From: a virus
Lineage: Duplodnaviria; Caudoviricetes
Strand: one strand, 5' to 3'
Length of the DNA stretch: 27,527 bases
Virus record (IMG/VR): IMGVR_UViG_3300017911_000421
Location: 1-27,527 of that record
Shown: piece after piece, positions 26,315 to 27,527 of the stretch
How the letters are laid out: each line of letters begins with the position of its first letter
Numbering within the stretch: the first letter of the stretch is position 1
Position numbers and translations under genes: made by a program
Notes under the pieces: model-generated
What the model was told of the DNA's origin: nothing
Databases searched by the model: none
Seen by the model: the letters and a program-made list of their open reading frames with translations, nothing else

Positions 26315-26814
26315 TACCACAACCTCGCCCAATTAGAACCATCTATCTGAAATTGTTTTGGTGCATCACGAAATTCATAAGCAGAGCAATGTACTTTGTC
26401 TGTGATGTCATCACGCCACACGTTGATAGCATACCAAATACCATCCACAACTTGACATGAGTTCCACTCATCATCCCACGGCTCATCGTCTTCCTCTAGG
26501 CGAGAGTAAAAATCCTCACCTTTTGCAGACAGATAGCCTCTAGTGTATGGACTTAGTTCCAATGTACCTTCCTCAACCGACACCTCGTCTGGGTTGGCAT
26601 AATCATTTGGAAACAGTTTGTCCATACGTTCTGTGTATTCTTCGTTGATGGAATACATAGGGCAATCATCAAGAATCCATCCTGAATCTCTGTCACCATA
26701 CCCATGTGGGTCTACCTTTGCCTCTGCTTCTTCAGCAGACTTTGCTTCCACAATCTCTTCGATATAGTCATGTGATTCACGAATAGTTCTCACGTTCCAT
26801 TTATACATTGGCAT
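26314..26814 (-). CDS. Acidic hypothetical protein with N-terminal VEAKSAEEA motif, 166 aa
   Basis: GAGGAG SD before ATG 26814. Confidence 0.7.
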   Translation of the reverse strand: MPMYKWNVRTIRESHDYIEEIVEAKSAEEAEAKVDPHGYGDRDSGWILDDCPMYSINEEYTERMDKLFPNDYANPDEVSVEEGTLELSPYTRGYLSAKGEDFYSRLEEDDEPWDDEWNSCQVVDGIWYAINVWRDDITDKVHCSAYEFRDAPKQFQIDGSNWARLW

Positions 26815-26971
26815 TGTCAATCTCCTCAACACTGGTTGTAATTACCATTCTATTCTGTGCCGCCAAGTCATCTAACACATCGGCACAGGCATCATAGATT
26901 TCTTCTGATTCAAACACTGCCCACAAAGATGCAGATATGTGTTTTAAGTCTTCGGCATATACTTTAACCAT
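26801..26971 (-). CDS. Hypothetical protein, 56 aa (MVKVYAEDLKHISASLWAVFESEEIYDACADVLDDLAAQNRMVITTSVEEIDNANV)
   Basis: Manually translated; GAGGAG SD; overlaps both neighbours. Confidence 0.75.
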   Translation of the reverse strand: MVKVYAEDLKHISASLWAVFESEEIYDACADVLDDLAAQNRMVITTSVEEIDNANV

Positions 26972-26985
26972 TGTTAATCTCCTCA
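26812..26985 (-). repeat. 17-nt direct repeat TGAGGAGATT(A/G)ACAATG at 26969-26985 and 26812-26828
   Basis: 16/17 identity; each copy is the RBS plus start codon of consecutive genes. Confidence 0.75.
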
Positions 26986-27134
26986 GTCATATCTTTGTGT
27001 AGTTCAAAGTCACCACCTATTTCTTTCCAATCGCCAGCACCATAGGACAAATCCCATGCTTCTTCTTCATGGTCTGCTTCAACTACTCGTTCTACAAATG
27101 TGTAGAATGTTCCATGTACTTTGAATTTAGGCAT
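26964..27134 (-). CDS. Small acidic protein with VEADHEEEA motif, 56 aa (MPKFKVHGTFYTFVERVVEADHEEEAWDLSYGAGDWKEIGGDFELHKDMTEEINNG)
   Basis: Manually translated; AAGGAG SD. Confidence 0.75.
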   Translation of the reverse strand: MPKFKVHGTFYTFVERVVEADHEEEAWDLSYGAGDWKEIGGDFELHKDMTEEINNG

Positions 27135-27148
27135 GATTAGTCTCCTTC

Positions 27149-27526
27149 TTAGTCCATTCGTGTAATGAAATATTTACCGTCTTCCACAGGGATTGCCACA
27201 ATACCATAGGTATAGAAAAGCACATCTCCCAATCGTGTTTTCATTCGTCCGATCCAATCTAAGTCTTCATCGTCCTCATGTTCACTACGGTACTTACCAT
27301 CATCTGTAACGAAGCCACCGAACTCATACAGTCCAAATCCATACTGACCATCCATGTAGTCTTTCAGGCTTTCATTTTCCAATGCTTCGGCATCGTCCAG
27401 AATAATCCAATCCCTCACCCATATGGGTAAGAGACCAAGTGCTTCCATGATTTGCTCATGGTTCATTTCATACTCAGTAAAGTAGAAATGCTTATCGTTC
27501 AATTCAACTGATGTTTGTACTGCTCC
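27149..27526 (-). CDS. Hypothetical early protein, probably 5' truncated by the window edge
   Basis: Frame stays open to the window end; C-terminal FYTYGIVAI....YFITRMD. Confidence 0.7.
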   Translation of the reverse strand, partial: GAVQTSVELNDKHFYFTEYEMNHEQIMEALGLLPIWVRDWIILDDAEALENESLKDYMDGQYGFGLYEFGGFVTDDGKYRSEHEDDEDLDWIGRMKTRLGDVLFYTYGIVAIPVEDGKYFITRMD

Positions 27527-27527
27527 A

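Noticed and set aside
26790-26820. TTGACA within the RBS repeat as a -35 element
   Set aside because: No acceptable -10 at 16-18 nt spacing.
1-27527. tRNA, rRNA, integrase, introns/inteins, or a cobalamin riboswitch before nrdJ
   Set aside because: Intergenic gaps are too short or lack the motifs (only 47 nt upstream of nrdJ); polymerase, helicase and RNR are uninterrupted and of compact length.

Overview
The window is a 27.5-kb piece of a lytic, T7-superfamily-like (podovirus-type) dsDNA phage genome, truncated at both ends. The host is probably a marine alphaproteobacterium: the replication module resembles SIO1/cobavirus phages, and class II RNR and a DUF1127 gene are present. Two gene arms converge. 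The + arm (1-10949) encodes a tail/nozzle protein, internal virion/ejection proteins and lysis genes (small 2-TM protein, GH24 lysozyme, 3-TM holin). The - arm (27527-10884) runs through small early genes, a SleB-like hydrolase, MazG, primase-helicase, family A DNA polymerase, SSB, DUF3310, exonuclease, endonuclease I, B12-dependent NrdJ, ThyX and a string of small genes including DUF1127. It ends in a glycosylation locus followed by a TerS-like gene. The best candidate for an undescribed system is that locus: a GT8-like glycosyltransferase coupled to a 767-aa fusion of a GT-A domain, a SAM methyltransferase and a Maf/DUF115-like domain. I found several small genes missing from the ORF track by manual translation and moved several starts using SD and overlap evidence. 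All family assignments come from recognising motifs, not from database searches.
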